A stretch of DNA of 64,000 nt from Nitrospirota bacterium (GCA_040758355.1 JBFLWF010000012.1:15870-79869); one strand, 5' to 3'. Numbered from the stretch's first letter, positions 10,498 through 20,100 are shown. Numbers and translations: made by a program. The notes: generated from the letters alone by a model not told the origin.

Positions 10498-12140
10498 CTG
10501 CCAGTACACCCGATATTCTCTGTACCTTTATAATTGGTGCCGCCTCCAAAGGACGGCCTGCTTATTGAACGCCTGATTGCGTTCTCAAGGGCAACCCTGT
10601 CGCTGAAATCATAACGCTTCCCCTGAATCTCCTGATAATCCTCATGTCCTTTCCCTGCCACCAGCACTATATCCCCGGAGGATGCAAGCTCAACGGCCAT
10701 GCTTATGGCAACATCCCTGTCAGGGATGATGATGTAGTTGTCTCCGACCATCCCTTTCTCTATATCCCTTATAATTGACCTCGGACTTTCATTTCTCGGA
10801 TTATCGGAGGTTATTATCACAAAGTCGCTGAGACGTGCTGCAATCTCTCCCATCTTTGAGCGCTTTCCCCTGTCCCTGTTGCCTCCGCAGCCGAAGACGG
10901 TGATGATCTTTCCCCTCTTTTCATTTCCTTCTAACTTTTCGGGCATAGAGTATTCACGTCTTTTTGCCTTCATCATCTCCTCTGTCTTTTCCGCAAAACG
11001 GTACGCCTCAAGCAGTTGACGGGCAGTGAGCAAAAGCCTCTCAAGGGCATCTTCTGTATGGGCATAATCCACAACAGCGAGGAAGTCCTGCCCTACGTCG
11101 ACCTTTTCAAACCTTCCCTTGACCAATCCTGTCATGGCAATTCCCTCCTTTATTATCTTTATTGGTATATCCATTGATAAAGCTGCACATATGGAAGAAA
11201 GCATGTTATAGACATTTGTTACTCCAACAAGGGGAGAAATAATGACCTTTGACCCCTGACCCTTGACCCTTATCTTGAATGAAGTTCCCTTGAATGTTGT
11301 TTTTATATCAGAGGCCAGCACATCTGCATTTTGATTATTTATCGCATAAGTTAATATTTTTTGACCCTTTAGATCATTCACGAGCCTTTCCCCATATGGG
11401 TCGTCCAGATTAATTACAGCAGTGCCGTCTTCTGTTAAAAGTTCGGTAAAGAGTCTCCTTTTTGCCATGAAATAATCTTCCATTGTCCGGTGAAAATCGA
11501 GATGATCCCTTGTGAGGTTCGTAAAAACAGCCACTCTGAATTTTGTATAATCCACCCTCTTCTGTGAAAGGGAATGGGATGAAACTTCGGTTACTACATG
11601 GCTGCAGCCCTTATCGACCATCTCCCTGAGCAGTACCTGAAAGTCAGGGGCTTCCGGCGTTGTATGCGGCGCATCATAGGCCCTGTCCTTTATCAGATAA
11701 GTGATCGTACCTATCAGACCAACATCTTTTCCCCATTTTTCGAGGATGGACTTCATCAGGTATGATGTGGTTGTCTTGCCGTTTGTGCCTGTAATGCCGA
11801 TAACAGCGGCAGCCTCAGACGGCCTTCCATAAAAATTATGTGAGATGGATGCAGCAGCATCCCTGCTATCCTTAACTCCAATCCATATTATGTCAGGATA
11901 TTTATTCATGAGCATTGCTGATTGCTGATTGCTGATTGCCGATTGCCCATATACTATGGCAACCGCACCTTTCTTAATCGCATCCTCAATAAAATCATGG
12001 CCGTCAAAGCTCTCTCCCTTTATGGCTACAAAAACATCTCCGTTCTTAACCTTTCTTGAGTCATAGGTTATTCCGGAGATGCTCTTTTCCATGTCTCCGG
12101 TTACTTCGAACTCATTCATCAATATATCTTTTATCTTCAT
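10491..12140 (-). CDS. murE: UDP-MurNAc-dipeptide--meso-DAP ligase
   Basis: GTNGKTTT, EVSSH, DHLDFH, DYAHT, FGCGG, DNPR (DAP-specific), AGKGHE. Confidence 0.97.
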   Translation of the reverse strand: MKIKDILMNEFEVTGDMEKSISGITYDSRKVKNGDVFVAIKGESFDGHDFIEDAIKKGAVAIVYGQSAISNQQSAMLMNKYPDIIWIGVKDSRDAAASISHNFYGRPSEAAAVIGITGTNGKTTTSYLMKSILEKWGKDVGLIGTITYLIKDRAYDAPHTTPEAPDFQVLLREMVDKGCSHVVTEVSSHSLSQKRVDYTKFRVAVFTNLTRDHLDFHRTMEDYFMAKRRLFTELLTEDGTAVINLDDPYGERLVNDLKGQKILTYAINNQNADVLASDIKTTFKGTSFKIRVKGQGSKVIISPLVGVTNVYNMLSSICAALSMDIPIKIIKEGIAMTGLVKGRFEKVDVGQDFLAVVDYAHTEDALERLLLTARQLLEAYRFAEKTEEMMKAKRREYSMPEKLEGNEKRGKIITVFGCGGNRDRGKRSKMGEIAARLSDFVIITSDNPRNESPRSIIRDIEKGMVGDNYIIIPDRDVAISMAVELASSGDIVLVAGKGHEDYQEIQGKRYDFSDRVALENAIRRSISRPSFGGGTNYKGTENIGCTGRC

Positions 12141-12148
12141 ATTAATTA

Positions 12149-13870
12149 TCATTTATCGGCCTCATTTTTGGAAACCATTAACAATCCCTTTTCTCCGGAA
12201 TCATCCCTCGGAACACTCAGATAAGAGAGGGATTCGCTGGCTATCTTCCTGAAAACAGGTCCGGCAACTACGCCTCCGTATATCTGTCCTTTAGGCTCGT
12301 GAATAACGACTATCATCGCTATCTTCGGCTTATCCGCAGGGACAAACCCTACAAACGAACTCACGAACTTCTCCTTGGAATACCTCTTTGTCTTCGGGTC
12401 TATCAGTTGCGCCGTGCCTGTCTTGCCCGCAACCTGATTGCCGTCAACAGCAGCCTCCAGTGCAGTGCCGCCTTCCTCTGTAACTGTCTTGAGTATTTCC
12501 CTGAAGACATTTACGGTCTTTTCTGAAAGGATCCTTTTAGCCTCAGGATTTATTTTGTAAACAGTGTTTCCATCCGGTGACTTCACCTCTGAAACAACAT
12601 ATGGTCTGACAAGAAACCCGCCGTTAGCAATAGCCGCATATGCCCTTAAAACCTGCAAAGGAGTTACTGCAACCTCCTGGCCTATAGAGATAGCACCGAT
12701 AGATGTACCCGACCACTTTGAAGGACTATACACCCACCCCGAGACCTCGCCCGCAAGGTCTATCCCTGTCTTTTCGCCGAAACCGAAGCGCTTGATATAC
12801 TCATATAATCTTTCCCTGCCCAGACTAAACCCTATCTTTATAGTTCCAACATTTGACGATTTCTGTATCACTTCCTTAAATGAGAGAACACCATGCCTGT
12901 GGTCATCCTTTATCCTTTTGCCTCCCACTTCTATGTATCCAGCACTACAGTCAAATTTTGTATCGGGATTTACGATCCCCTCTTCAAGGGCAGCAGTGCC
13001 AGCTATTATTTTAAAGGTTGAGCCCGGCTCATAGCAATCTGTAATGGCCCTGTTCCTCCTCTGGTTCGGTGCTGCATCAGAGGGATCATTGATATCAAAG
13101 GTCGGCCTGTTTGCCATTGCCAGTATTTCACCCGTATAAGGGTCCATCATTATGGCCGTGGCTGAAGCAGCCTTCCAGTGCAAATAGGCGGCATCGAGGT
13201 TTTTTTCCAGAATATATTGCAGTCCCTCGTCAATGGTTAAAACTAAATTATTACCCTTTATCTCCCTGCTTAAAGAAAAGCCCTGGCCGTCTGAAAGCAC
13301 ATTCCCCTTTGCATCCCTGAATACATAGGCCTTCTCGCTTCTTGAGGCAAGGTATCTGTCATACCTCTGCTCAACACCCTCAAGCCCGTTGTTGTCCACA
13401 TTCACAAAGCCTATGATATGGGATGCAAGACTGCCTTTAGGGTAGTACCGTTTTACCTCAGGGGCAAATCCTATTCCCCTCAGCTTCAAATCCTTTATGC
13501 CCCGGGCATACTCGATACCGACTTTTCTCTCTATCCAGTTGAACCTCCTGTCGGTATTCAGCTTTGCTAATATAATCTCCGGTTTTTGATTAATCCTTTC
13601 AGATAGGGCAGATGCAACTTTATCAGGAGATGTTATTTCAGAGGGGTCGGCATAAATGGATTCGGTGTCCAGATTTATGGCAAGCTCCCTGCCCCTCCTG
13701 TCGAAGATAATGCCCCGTTTGACAGGAATGATCTCTTTTCTGACTTGTTGAAATTTCGCCTTGGCAGAAAACCATTCATGATTAAAGAGCATAATATCCA
13801 CAAGCCGGAAAACAACGGCAATAAAACCAAAGGTAATGGCTGTGCTCAAAATAATCGCCCTTTTTCTCAT
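12149..13870 (-). CDS. ftsI: Class B penicillin-binding protein FtsI/PBP3
   Basis: RGIIFDR, RYYP, EPGSTFK, SSN, KTGTAQ. Confidence 0.95.
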   Translation of the reverse strand: MRKRAIILSTAITFGFIAVVFRLVDIMLFNHEWFSAKAKFQQVRKEIIPVKRGIIFDRRGRELAINLDTESIYADPSEITSPDKVASALSERINQKPEIILAKLNTDRRFNWIERKVGIEYARGIKDLKLRGIGFAPEVKRYYPKGSLASHIIGFVNVDNNGLEGVEQRYDRYLASRSEKAYVFRDAKGNVLSDGQGFSLSREIKGNNLVLTIDEGLQYILEKNLDAAYLHWKAASATAIMMDPYTGEILAMANRPTFDINDPSDAAPNQRRNRAITDCYEPGSTFKIIAGTAALEEGIVNPDTKFDCSAGYIEVGGKRIKDDHRHGVLSFKEVIQKSSNVGTIKIGFSLGRERLYEYIKRFGFGEKTGIDLAGEVSGWVYSPSKWSGTSIGAISIGQEVAVTPLQVLRAYAAIANGGFLVRPYVVSEVKSPDGNTVYKINPEAKRILSEKTVNVFREILKTVTEEGGTALEAAVDGNQVAGKTGTAQLIDPKTKRYSKEKFVSSFVGFVPADKPKIAMIVVIHEPKGQIYGGVVAGPVFRKIASESLSYLSVPRDDSGEKGLLMVSKNEADK

Positions 13871-13931
13871 AACACCCCGTTACTATAAAATTCTCCCTTT
13901 AAAGCCTCCTTTGGATAGCGAGCTTTCACGG

Positions 13932-14072
13932 CTACCGCACAAGAAGCCATGCAGCTACCATCCACATTACAAGACCAAGGAAAACAGCTATTGCGAAGTA
14001 TTCCAAAAACCCTGTATCTTCGTCTTCATCCAACCGGATGTTGTTGTCCACCACTCATGTCCTCTGCTTCAT
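13932..14072 (-). CDS. Small single-TM protein (40 aa from GTG 14054, or 46 aa if the UGA at 14055-14057 is read through)
   Basis: MKQRT*VVDNNIRLDEDEDTGFLEYFAIAVFLGLVMWMVAAWLLVR; ATG directly after ftsL TAG with AAGGAG upstream. Confidence 0.45.
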
Positions 14073-14408
14073 CTATCTCTCCTTAAAGGATGCCCTGTAC
14101 GGCTCGTTGTCCTTTGCCTTTTTCACATACACAACCTTAACCCTGTCGGGAAAGGCAAAACCACTATTAACAGTGCTATTACCGGCAACCTTCTCAAACC
14201 GCTCAACAGACAACAGGCTTGCCCTCTCTGCTGCAAGCATTTTTCTGTCCTTCATGAGCACGGACTTTTTCTTTTCGAGACTGCTGATGCCGTATTCAAG
14301 GGAAACAAAGCTCGACCGCAGCCATACAATGGAAAATATCGATAAAAGCAGCATTGCAATAGAGAGCGGCTTCAACATCGCAATCAATCTATTTTGTCTT
14401 CTAATCAT
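14073..14408 (-). CDS. ftsL: Cell division protein FtsL-like
   Basis: Position between rsmH and ftsI; TM helix followed by coiled coil. Confidence 0.7.
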   Translation of the reverse strand: MIRRQNRLIAMLKPLSIAMLLLSIFSIVWLRSSFVSLEYGISSLEKKKSVLMKDRKMLAAERASLLSVERFEKVAGNSTVNSGFAFPDRVKVVYVKKAKDNEPYRASFKER

Positions 14409-15309
14409 AACCCTTAACCCCTTGACTACTTATTTTCTCCGCCCCCCTGAGCTTCGCACTCCTCGATGAAGGATTGATCTTTATCTCATCAAAACCGGCG
14501 GTTACAGGCTTTTTCGTTAAAACCTTCACGATGCCCTCTCTGGCATTGTCTCTCACGAAGTTCTTTACTATCCGGTCTTCGAGGGAGTGGTAAGAGATAA
14601 CGCACAGCCTGCCGCCTGCCTTCAACATATTCAGAGCTGATGCAAGACCTTTTTTCAGTTCATCGAGTTCTCTATTGACCTCTATCCTCAGTGCCTGAAA
14701 TGTCCTTGTTGCAGGATGTGTTTTGCCCCTGCCTCCATAAACCTTCATCACGGTATCGGATAGCTCTTTGCACGTATTTATTGGAGACTTTTTCCTGCAG
14801 GTAATAATCGCCTTTGCTATCCTCCTGGCAAATGGCTCTTCTCCGTATTCTTTCAATATCCCCTCCAACTCCTTTTCAGGGTATTTATTCACAACATCCC
14901 ATGCCGTTAATTCCTGTGCAGTATCCATCCTCATATCAAGTCTTGCTTCCGAGGCAAAGCTGAAGCCGCGTTTTAGCTCCTTCAACTGGAGCATCGAGAC
15001 CCCAAGGTCGAACAAAACACCGTCAACCTCTCTTATATTCATGGAAGATAGTATGTCTTCTATCTGCGAGAAACTCCCGTTTTTAAGGAATACCCTGCTG
15101 TTGCCAAGCCTTTCACGGGCATACCCGAGTGCATCTTCATCCCTGTCTATGCCGACCAGCCTGCCATCGGAGCCGAGCATCGAAAGCACTGCCTCTGCAT
15201 GGCCTCCAAGGCCGACAGTTGCATCCACATATGTTCCATTTGCTTTCACGTCAAGCATTTCCATGGTCTCCTTCACCAAAACCGGGATATGCATTAGTTC
15301 ATAGTTCAT
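14401..15309 (-). CDS. rsmH: 16S rRNA m4C1402 methyltransferase
   Basis: HIPV, DATVGLGGH, DLGVS, HPATRTFQALRIEVN, SYHSLEDR, RSAKLR. Confidence 0.98.
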   Translation of the reverse strand: MNYELMHIPVLVKETMEMLDVKANGTYVDATVGLGGHAEAVLSMLGSDGRLVGIDRDEDALGYARERLGNSRVFLKNGSFSQIEDILSSMNIREVDGVLFDLGVSMLQLKELKRGFSFASEARLDMRMDTAQELTAWDVVNKYPEKELEGILKEYGEEPFARRIAKAIITCRKKSPINTCKELSDTVMKVYGGRGKTHPATRTFQALRIEVNRELDELKKGLASALNMLKAGGRLCVISYHSLEDRIVKNFVRDNAREGIVKVLTKKPVTAGFDEIKINPSSRSAKLRGAEKISSQGVKGYD

Positions 15310-15332
15310 AGTCAAAAATAAAAATCCATGAG

Positions 15333-15509
15333 CTATGAGCCGGCATAAACCTCGCCCACATAATGGGACACATTATAGTTGTACAGGGAGAACGGGTCTA
15401 TATGCTCCTTTATCCTGGCGATTATCTCTTCCATATCCTTCTCATTCCCCCATTTTTCATAAAACGGCGATGCCTTTACAGCTTCCCTTACTTCCTCCAC
15501 TGTCAACAT
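15333..15509 (-). CDS. Small hypothetical protein (58 aa)
   Basis: AAGGAGGT RBS before ATG 15509; MLTVEEVREAVKASPFY... Confidence 0.6.
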   Translation of the reverse strand: MLTVEEVREAVKASPFYEKWGNEKDMEEIIARIKEHIDPFSLYNYNVSHYVGEVYAGS

Positions 15510-15582
15510 AACACTACCTCCTTTCTTAAAGGGAGACGGAATGCATAGGGATATTCCCAGCATTCCCCGTAATGTGTTCTGT

Positions 15583-16038
15583 CTACAGTCCATAACCTGC
15601 AAGCACCGACTCATACGCCTTTGCATCAACCTTCTTTGGATCGGTCACATCGCTCCATGAAGCCTTATCCCATATCTCTATCTTGTCCAGTTGTCCGACT
15701 ATGACGACCTCTGTATTTATCCCGGCATCCTGCCTGTGCTCGTAGGGAATGAGTATCCTTCCCTGTTTGTCCATCTCGCACTCGATGGCGGATGCGATAA
15801 CGCGCCTCAAAAAATACTTTACGGCCTCTTCCATCTTTGGCATTGACCGTATCTTTTCCTCCAGCTTGTTCCATTCATCAAGCGGATATATATGCAGACA
15901 CTTGTCAAATGCGGCATTTGTGATATATAGTTTTGAATTAGTGTATTTTTTGGAGATGATGTCGCGGAGAGGAGCAGGGATAATGATTCTTCCCTTAGGG
16001 TCTAAGGTGTAGTAATATTTGCCCAAAAACGAGGTCAT
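15583..16038 (-). CDS. mraZ: Division/cell wall cluster repressor MraZ
   Basis: LDPKGR and MDKQGRI AbrB-like motifs; first gene of dcw. Confidence 0.96.
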   Translation of the reverse strand: MTSFLGKYYYTLDPKGRIIIPAPLRDIISKKYTNSKLYITNAAFDKCLHIYPLDEWNKLEEKIRSMPKMEEAVKYFLRRVIASAIECEMDKQGRILIPYEHRQDAGINTEVVIVGQLDKIEIWDKASWSDVTDPKKVDAKAYESVLAGYGL

Positions 16039-16049
16039 TCCCTTTTCCT

Positions 16050-16073
16050 CCACTTTATACCACTTTTTACCAC
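16050..16073 (-). promoter_or_regulatory. MraZ-binding direct repeats
   Basis: Three GTGG boxes at 10-bp period (plus strand CCAC at 16050, 16060, 16070) upstream of mraZ. Confidence 0.75.
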
Positions 16074-16079
16074 AATGAA

Positions 16080-16109
16080 ATGATATTTATAAAAAATAGG
16101 GATTGTCAA
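16080..16109 (-). promoter_or_regulatory. Sigma70 promoter of the dcw operon
   Basis: TTGACA-N18-TATCAT on minus strand just upstream of the MraZ boxes. Confidence 0.6.
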
Positions 16110-16200
16110 GAAAAAAATGCATTTTTTCAAAAATTTCCATATTATGTGGTATTTTTTTAGAAAAAATACTATATATTGGGCAATATGATAGGGGTATAAG

Positions 16201-17358
16201 GTGTTTTTTGAGGAATTGGAAAGGCTGCGACAGGATAATCTACTCAGGCAGATAAGGGACAGAGGACCCGCTTGCGCCTCTGCAAAGATATTGATAAATG
16301 GCGTTGAACACATAAACTTCTCATCCAATGATTACCTCGGACTTGCGAATCACCCATCCATAACAGAAGCCGCAAAAAAAGCACTGGATAAATATGGATT
16401 CGGCTCAGGCGCATCAAGGCTTTTATCAGGAGGGACAGAATTACATAGCGCGTTGGAAAGAAAGATAGCTGAATTCAAAGGCGCAGAGGCCGCATTGACA
16501 TTTAATTCAGGATATACAGCAAATATAAGCGCCATCCCAACTCTTGCAGGCGAAGGGGATGTCATTTTCAGCGATGAACTCAACCATGCAAGCATCATCG
16601 ACGGATGCAGATTAAGCAGGGCAAAAAAGGCGATTTACAGACACAGGGATGTGGAGCACCTCTCGGAATTAATAAAAAAGGAAAAGGGAAAAAGAAAGGT
16701 AATAATCACAGACACCGTATTCAGCATGGACGGAGATGTTGCACCAATAAAGGATATATATGAACTCTGTCATTCTCTAAACTCAGAACTCCAAACCCCT
16801 AACTCTGTACTCTTATACATAGACGATGCACACGGAACAGGCGTACTGGGCAATGGCAGAGGCGCATTATCACATTTTGGAATAAAACCCGATCCTCAAA
16901 TAATCCAGATGGGGACATTCTCAAAGGCCCTCGGCTCCTACGGCGCATTCATTGCCGCTGACAAGAATATAATAGACTGGCTTACAAACACAGCAAGGGG
17001 ATTTATCTATTCAACAGCCATTCCTGCATGCATAGTTGCTGCATCAATAGAGGCATTGAAAATCCTGCAAAACGATTCATCTCTTGTGAAAAAATTGTGG
17101 CAGAATCGGGAAAGGCTTTTCAAAGGAATCAGGGATTTAGACTTTGATACAATGGACAGCGAAACACCCATAATACCCATTGTAGTAGGCGATACCACCA
17201 CCACACTGAAATTCTCGGAATTACTTATGAGCCACAATATCTATGCCCCTGCCATAAGGCCCCCGACAGTAAAAATACCAAGATTAAGGGTTACGGTCAC
17301 AGCAGCACACACAGAAGATGATATTGATAAACTGCTGAAAGTACTGACAGTTGCATAA
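16201..17358 (+). CDS. bioF: 8-amino-7-oxononanoate synthase
   Basis: FSSNDYLGL, GASRLLSG, NHASIIDG, DDAHG, GTFSKALG, AIRPPTV. Confidence 0.93.
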   Translation: MFFEELERLRQDNLLRQIRDRGPACASAKILINGVEHINFSSNDYLGLANHPSITEAAKKALDKYGFGSGASRLLSGGTELHSALERKIAEFKGAEAALTFNSGYTANISAIPTLAGEGDVIFSDELNHASIIDGCRLSRAKKAIYRHRDVEHLSELIKKEKGKRKVIITDTVFSMDGDVAPIKDIYELCHSLNSELQTPNSVLLYIDDAHGTGVLGNGRGALSHFGIKPDPQIIQMGTFSKALGSYGAFIAADKNIIDWLTNTARGFIYSTAIPACIVAASIEALKILQNDSSLVKKLWQNRERLFKGIRDLDFDTMDSETPIIPIVVGDTTTTLKFSELLMSHNIYAPAIRPPTVKIPRLRVTVTAAHTEDDIDKLLKVLTVA

Positions 17359-17360
17359 TC

Positions 17361-17422
17361 AAGCAAAGCAGGCACGGCTTCAAAACCGCCGCCCTCTTTT
17401 CATTCATGCCTGCTTTGCTTTT
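17361..17422 (+). terminator. Inverted repeat after bioF, possible terminator
   Basis: AAGCAAAGCAGGCA ... TGCCTGCTTTGCTT, 14-bp arms with a large loop. Confidence 0.45.
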
Positions 17423-17634
17423 ACCTAAATTGAGCGATTCTAATCTAAAAATATATGTCAGGTGCTGCGAAAAGACTTTAAACCCGCACTTATAAAAACA
17501 TTTATCTCGTATCCGTCATCTACTACATTGGATATTTGTTGGATGATGCATTTATTATCTCTCATATTCACTTGAACCAACACTTTTTAAAGTCTTTGAG
17601 CAGTGCCTGACATATAAAATCACTCAACTTTTGG
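17423..17634. repeat. ~210-bp element, copy C
   Basis: Same arms as copy A with compensated TGCTGC/GCAGTG change. Confidence 0.9.
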
Positions 17635-17689
17635 CAACGAATTATTGTCATTTGCCAAATAAACACGTTTCTGTTATATTTTTATCTCT

Positions 17690-18700
17690 ATGAATTATCC
17701 CAATAGCTATATATCGGTTATAGGCGCCGGAAGCTGGGGAACCACCCTCGCCTCGCTCCTCGCAGAAAAAGGCTATGACGTAACATTGTGGGCATACGAA
17801 AAGGATCTGGCGGAACACATCAACAAAGAAAGGGTGAATAATATTTATCTGCCAGATGTGGTTATATCAGAGAACTTAAGGGCTACCCATGATATTGCTG
17901 AGGCAGTAACGAATTCCCGCTACATATTAAACGTTGTCCCGACCCAGCACATAAGATCCATATTCACACAGGCCAAACCTTATATAAGGGACGAATCCAT
18001 CATCATAAGCGCATCAAAAGGCATAGAGAACAATACGCTGCTGACCCCATCAATGATAATAAAGGAAATTCTGAACAAACCGGTCTCCGTCCTTTCAGGC
18101 CCGAGCTTTGCAAAAGAGGTAATAGCAAAAATGCCGACTGCAGTGACCCTCGCAACAGAAGACAGGAAGACAGGCCTGCTCCTTCAGGAGGTGTTCAATA
18201 CAGACTACTTCAGGGTATATACCCACGATGACGTGATCGGCGCAGAGATAGGCGGCGCTCTAAAAAATGTGATAGCAATCGCAGCAGGCATCTGTGACGG
18301 ACTCGGGCTCGGGCATAATTCAAGGGCAGCATTGATAACAAGGGGCCTTTCTGAAATAGCAAGGCTGGGCATCAGCATGAATGCGAAAGAAATTACATTC
18401 TCCGGTTTAAGCGGCCTCGGAGACCTTGTATTAACCTGTACAGGCCCGTTGTCGAGGAACTACTCTGTAGGATATAAGCTTGGACAGGGATTAACGTTAT
18501 CAGAGATCATAAGCCAGACAAGGTCTGTCGCCGAAGGAGTGACTACAACGCTTTCTGCATATGACCTCTCAAAAAAATATGCTATAGATATGCCCATAAC
18601 AGAGCAGGTATATCTCACCCTCTATAAAGAGAAACCGCCTAAAGAAGCTGTCAGGGATCTTATGAACCGCACACTGAAATCCGAATTCTATGGATATTAA
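17690..18700 (+). CDS. gpsA: NAD(P)H-dependent glycerol-3-phosphate dehydrogenase
   Basis: GAGSWG, SKGIE, SGPSFA, GGALKN, GLGDLVLTC, SRN. Confidence 0.97.
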   Translation: MNYPNSYISVIGAGSWGTTLASLLAEKGYDVTLWAYEKDLAEHINKERVNNIYLPDVVISENLRATHDIAEAVTNSRYILNVVPTQHIRSIFTQAKPYIRDESIIISASKGIENNTLLTPSMIIKEILNKPVSVLSGPSFAKEVIAKMPTAVTLATEDRKTGLLLQEVFNTDYFRVYTHDDVIGAEIGGALKNVIAIAAGICDGLGLGHNSRAALITRGLSEIARLGISMNAKEITFSGLSGLGDLVLTCTGPLSRNYSVGYKLGQGLTLSEIISQTRSVAEGVTTTLSAYDLSKKYAIDMPITEQVYLTLYKEKPPKEAVRDLMNRTLKSEFYGY

Positions 18701-19427
18701 GAAATTAGAATCACTCCTTAACGACGTAAGAAACGGCAAAACATCCATAGACAAGGCGCTCGATACACTCAAACATCTGCCTTACGAGGATATGGACTTT
18801 GCAAAGATAGACCATCACAGGGGCATAAGAAACGGCGTTCCTGAAGTGATATTCGCAAAGAACAAGAAAACAGACAATGTGGTGGCCATAGCAAATGCAA
18901 TGCTGAAAAAAAGCGGAAGATTTCTCATCACGAAGGCTTCAGAAGAGATATACAGGGCATTAAACTTAAAAAAAGCAAAGTTCTATCCTGAATCAAAAAT
19001 CATCTCTTATGGGGAAACAAAAAATAAAAAGGGCCACATCCTCATCGTTTCAGCGGGAACATCAGATATACCGGTAGCAGAAGAGGCAGAAGCGACGGCA
19101 TCTTTCCTGGGCAGCAGGACAGAAAGACTATATGATGTTGGAGTTGCAGGAATTCATAGGCTCCTGAGCCACAGAAAATTAATACAAAAGGCAAGGGTTA
19201 TAGTAGTAGTTGCCGGAATGGAGGGGGCGCTGCCTTCGGTCGTTGGAGGAATCACTGATAAGCCGGTCATAGCAGTGCCCACATCCGTGGGTTACGGAAC
19301 AAGCCTTGGAGGACTTACAGCATTATTTGCAATGCTCAACTCATGCGTTCCAGGCATTGCTGTCGTAAATATAGACAATGGCTTCGGGGCAGGATGTCTT
19401 GCGCATAAGATAAATATAATTTGCTAA
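18690..19427 (+). CDS. larB: Nickel-pincer cofactor biosynthesis LarB (AIR carboxylase family)
   Basis: AKIDHHR, AGTSDIPVAEE, DVGVAGIHR, AGMEGALPS, VPTSVGYG, NIDNGFGAG. Confidence 0.9.
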   Translation: MDIKKLESLLNDVRNGKTSIDKALDTLKHLPYEDMDFAKIDHHRGIRNGVPEVIFAKNKKTDNVVAIANAMLKKSGRFLITKASEEIYRALNLKKAKFYPESKIISYGETKNKKGHILIVSAGTSDIPVAEEAEATASFLGSRTERLYDVGVAGIHRLLSHRKLIQKARVIVVVAGMEGALPSVVGGITDKPVIAVPTSVGYGTSLGGLTALFAMLNSCVPGIAVVNIDNGFGAGCLAHKINIIC

Positions 19428-19436
19428 ACTTACAGC

Positions 19437-19673
19437 TTAGCAGGAAGGTCCTCAGCCACCGCCAAAGCCGCCAAATCCTCCTGAAGAACCAAAGGATGTA
19501 CTTCCGCCGCCACCAAAGCCTCCAATGGAGCAACAGCTAAAAGCCGAAACCTTCTTTTTTACGTCATTGGAGCCGCATTTCGGACATCTTGTATCTTTTT
19601 CGCTGGCATTTACGCTCTGGAATACCGAGAAAACTTCGTTGCATTTAGTGCAGGCATATTCATAGATAGGCAT
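19437..19673 (-). CDS. FmdB-family zinc-ribbon protein, candidate selenoprotein (...GGG-U-GPSC)
   Basis: MPIYEY-CxxC...CPxCG; UGA at 19452-19454 followed by GGA CCT TCC TGC TAA and a hairpin. Confidence 0.8.
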
Positions 19674-19740
19674 AATAAAGAAACCTCCTGATAAAAATCT
19701 ATTGTTTAATAATTGCATATTAATATATCTAAAGTCAAAT

Positions 19741-20100
19741 TTAATAGGGCGATTTCTGCCGGATTACCGACAGCAAGTCGTGGAGATAAAATGGTTTGTG
19801 AAGAAAGGCATCTGCCCCGGCATCGAGAAAAACCCTTTCATCGCAATCGGCACTAATACCGATTATCAAAGAGTGCGGGCATTGTGAGCGCATTATCTTT
19901 GTAAGCTCTATCCCGTTCATCCCGGGCATGGCATAATCGGTAATGACTATGTCAAAGTCCGATGCTTTCAGGAGATCGAGGGCAGAAACCCCGTCATTGG
20001 CAGCCTGCACATCAAAGCCGTGAAGACGAAGGACATCGAAAAGAAATTTCCTGACCATTTCATCGTCATCTGCAACAAGAACTGTCTTCTGCTTTTTCAT
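19741..20100 (-). CDS. Single-domain response regulator
   Basis: VLVADDD, DYAMPGMNG, KPF receiver motifs. Confidence 0.88.
   Translation of the reverse strand: MKKQKTVLVADDDEMVRKFLFDVLRLHGFDVQAANDGVSALDLLKASDFDIVITDYAMPGMNGIELTKIMRSQCPHSLIIGISADCDERVFLDAGADAFLHKPFYLHDLLSVIRQKSPY

Noticed and set aside
7200..13320. Long plus-strand ORFs opposite the dcw genes (and similar ones opposite the island genes)
   Set aside because: They are antisense shadows with no recognisable motifs or RBS.
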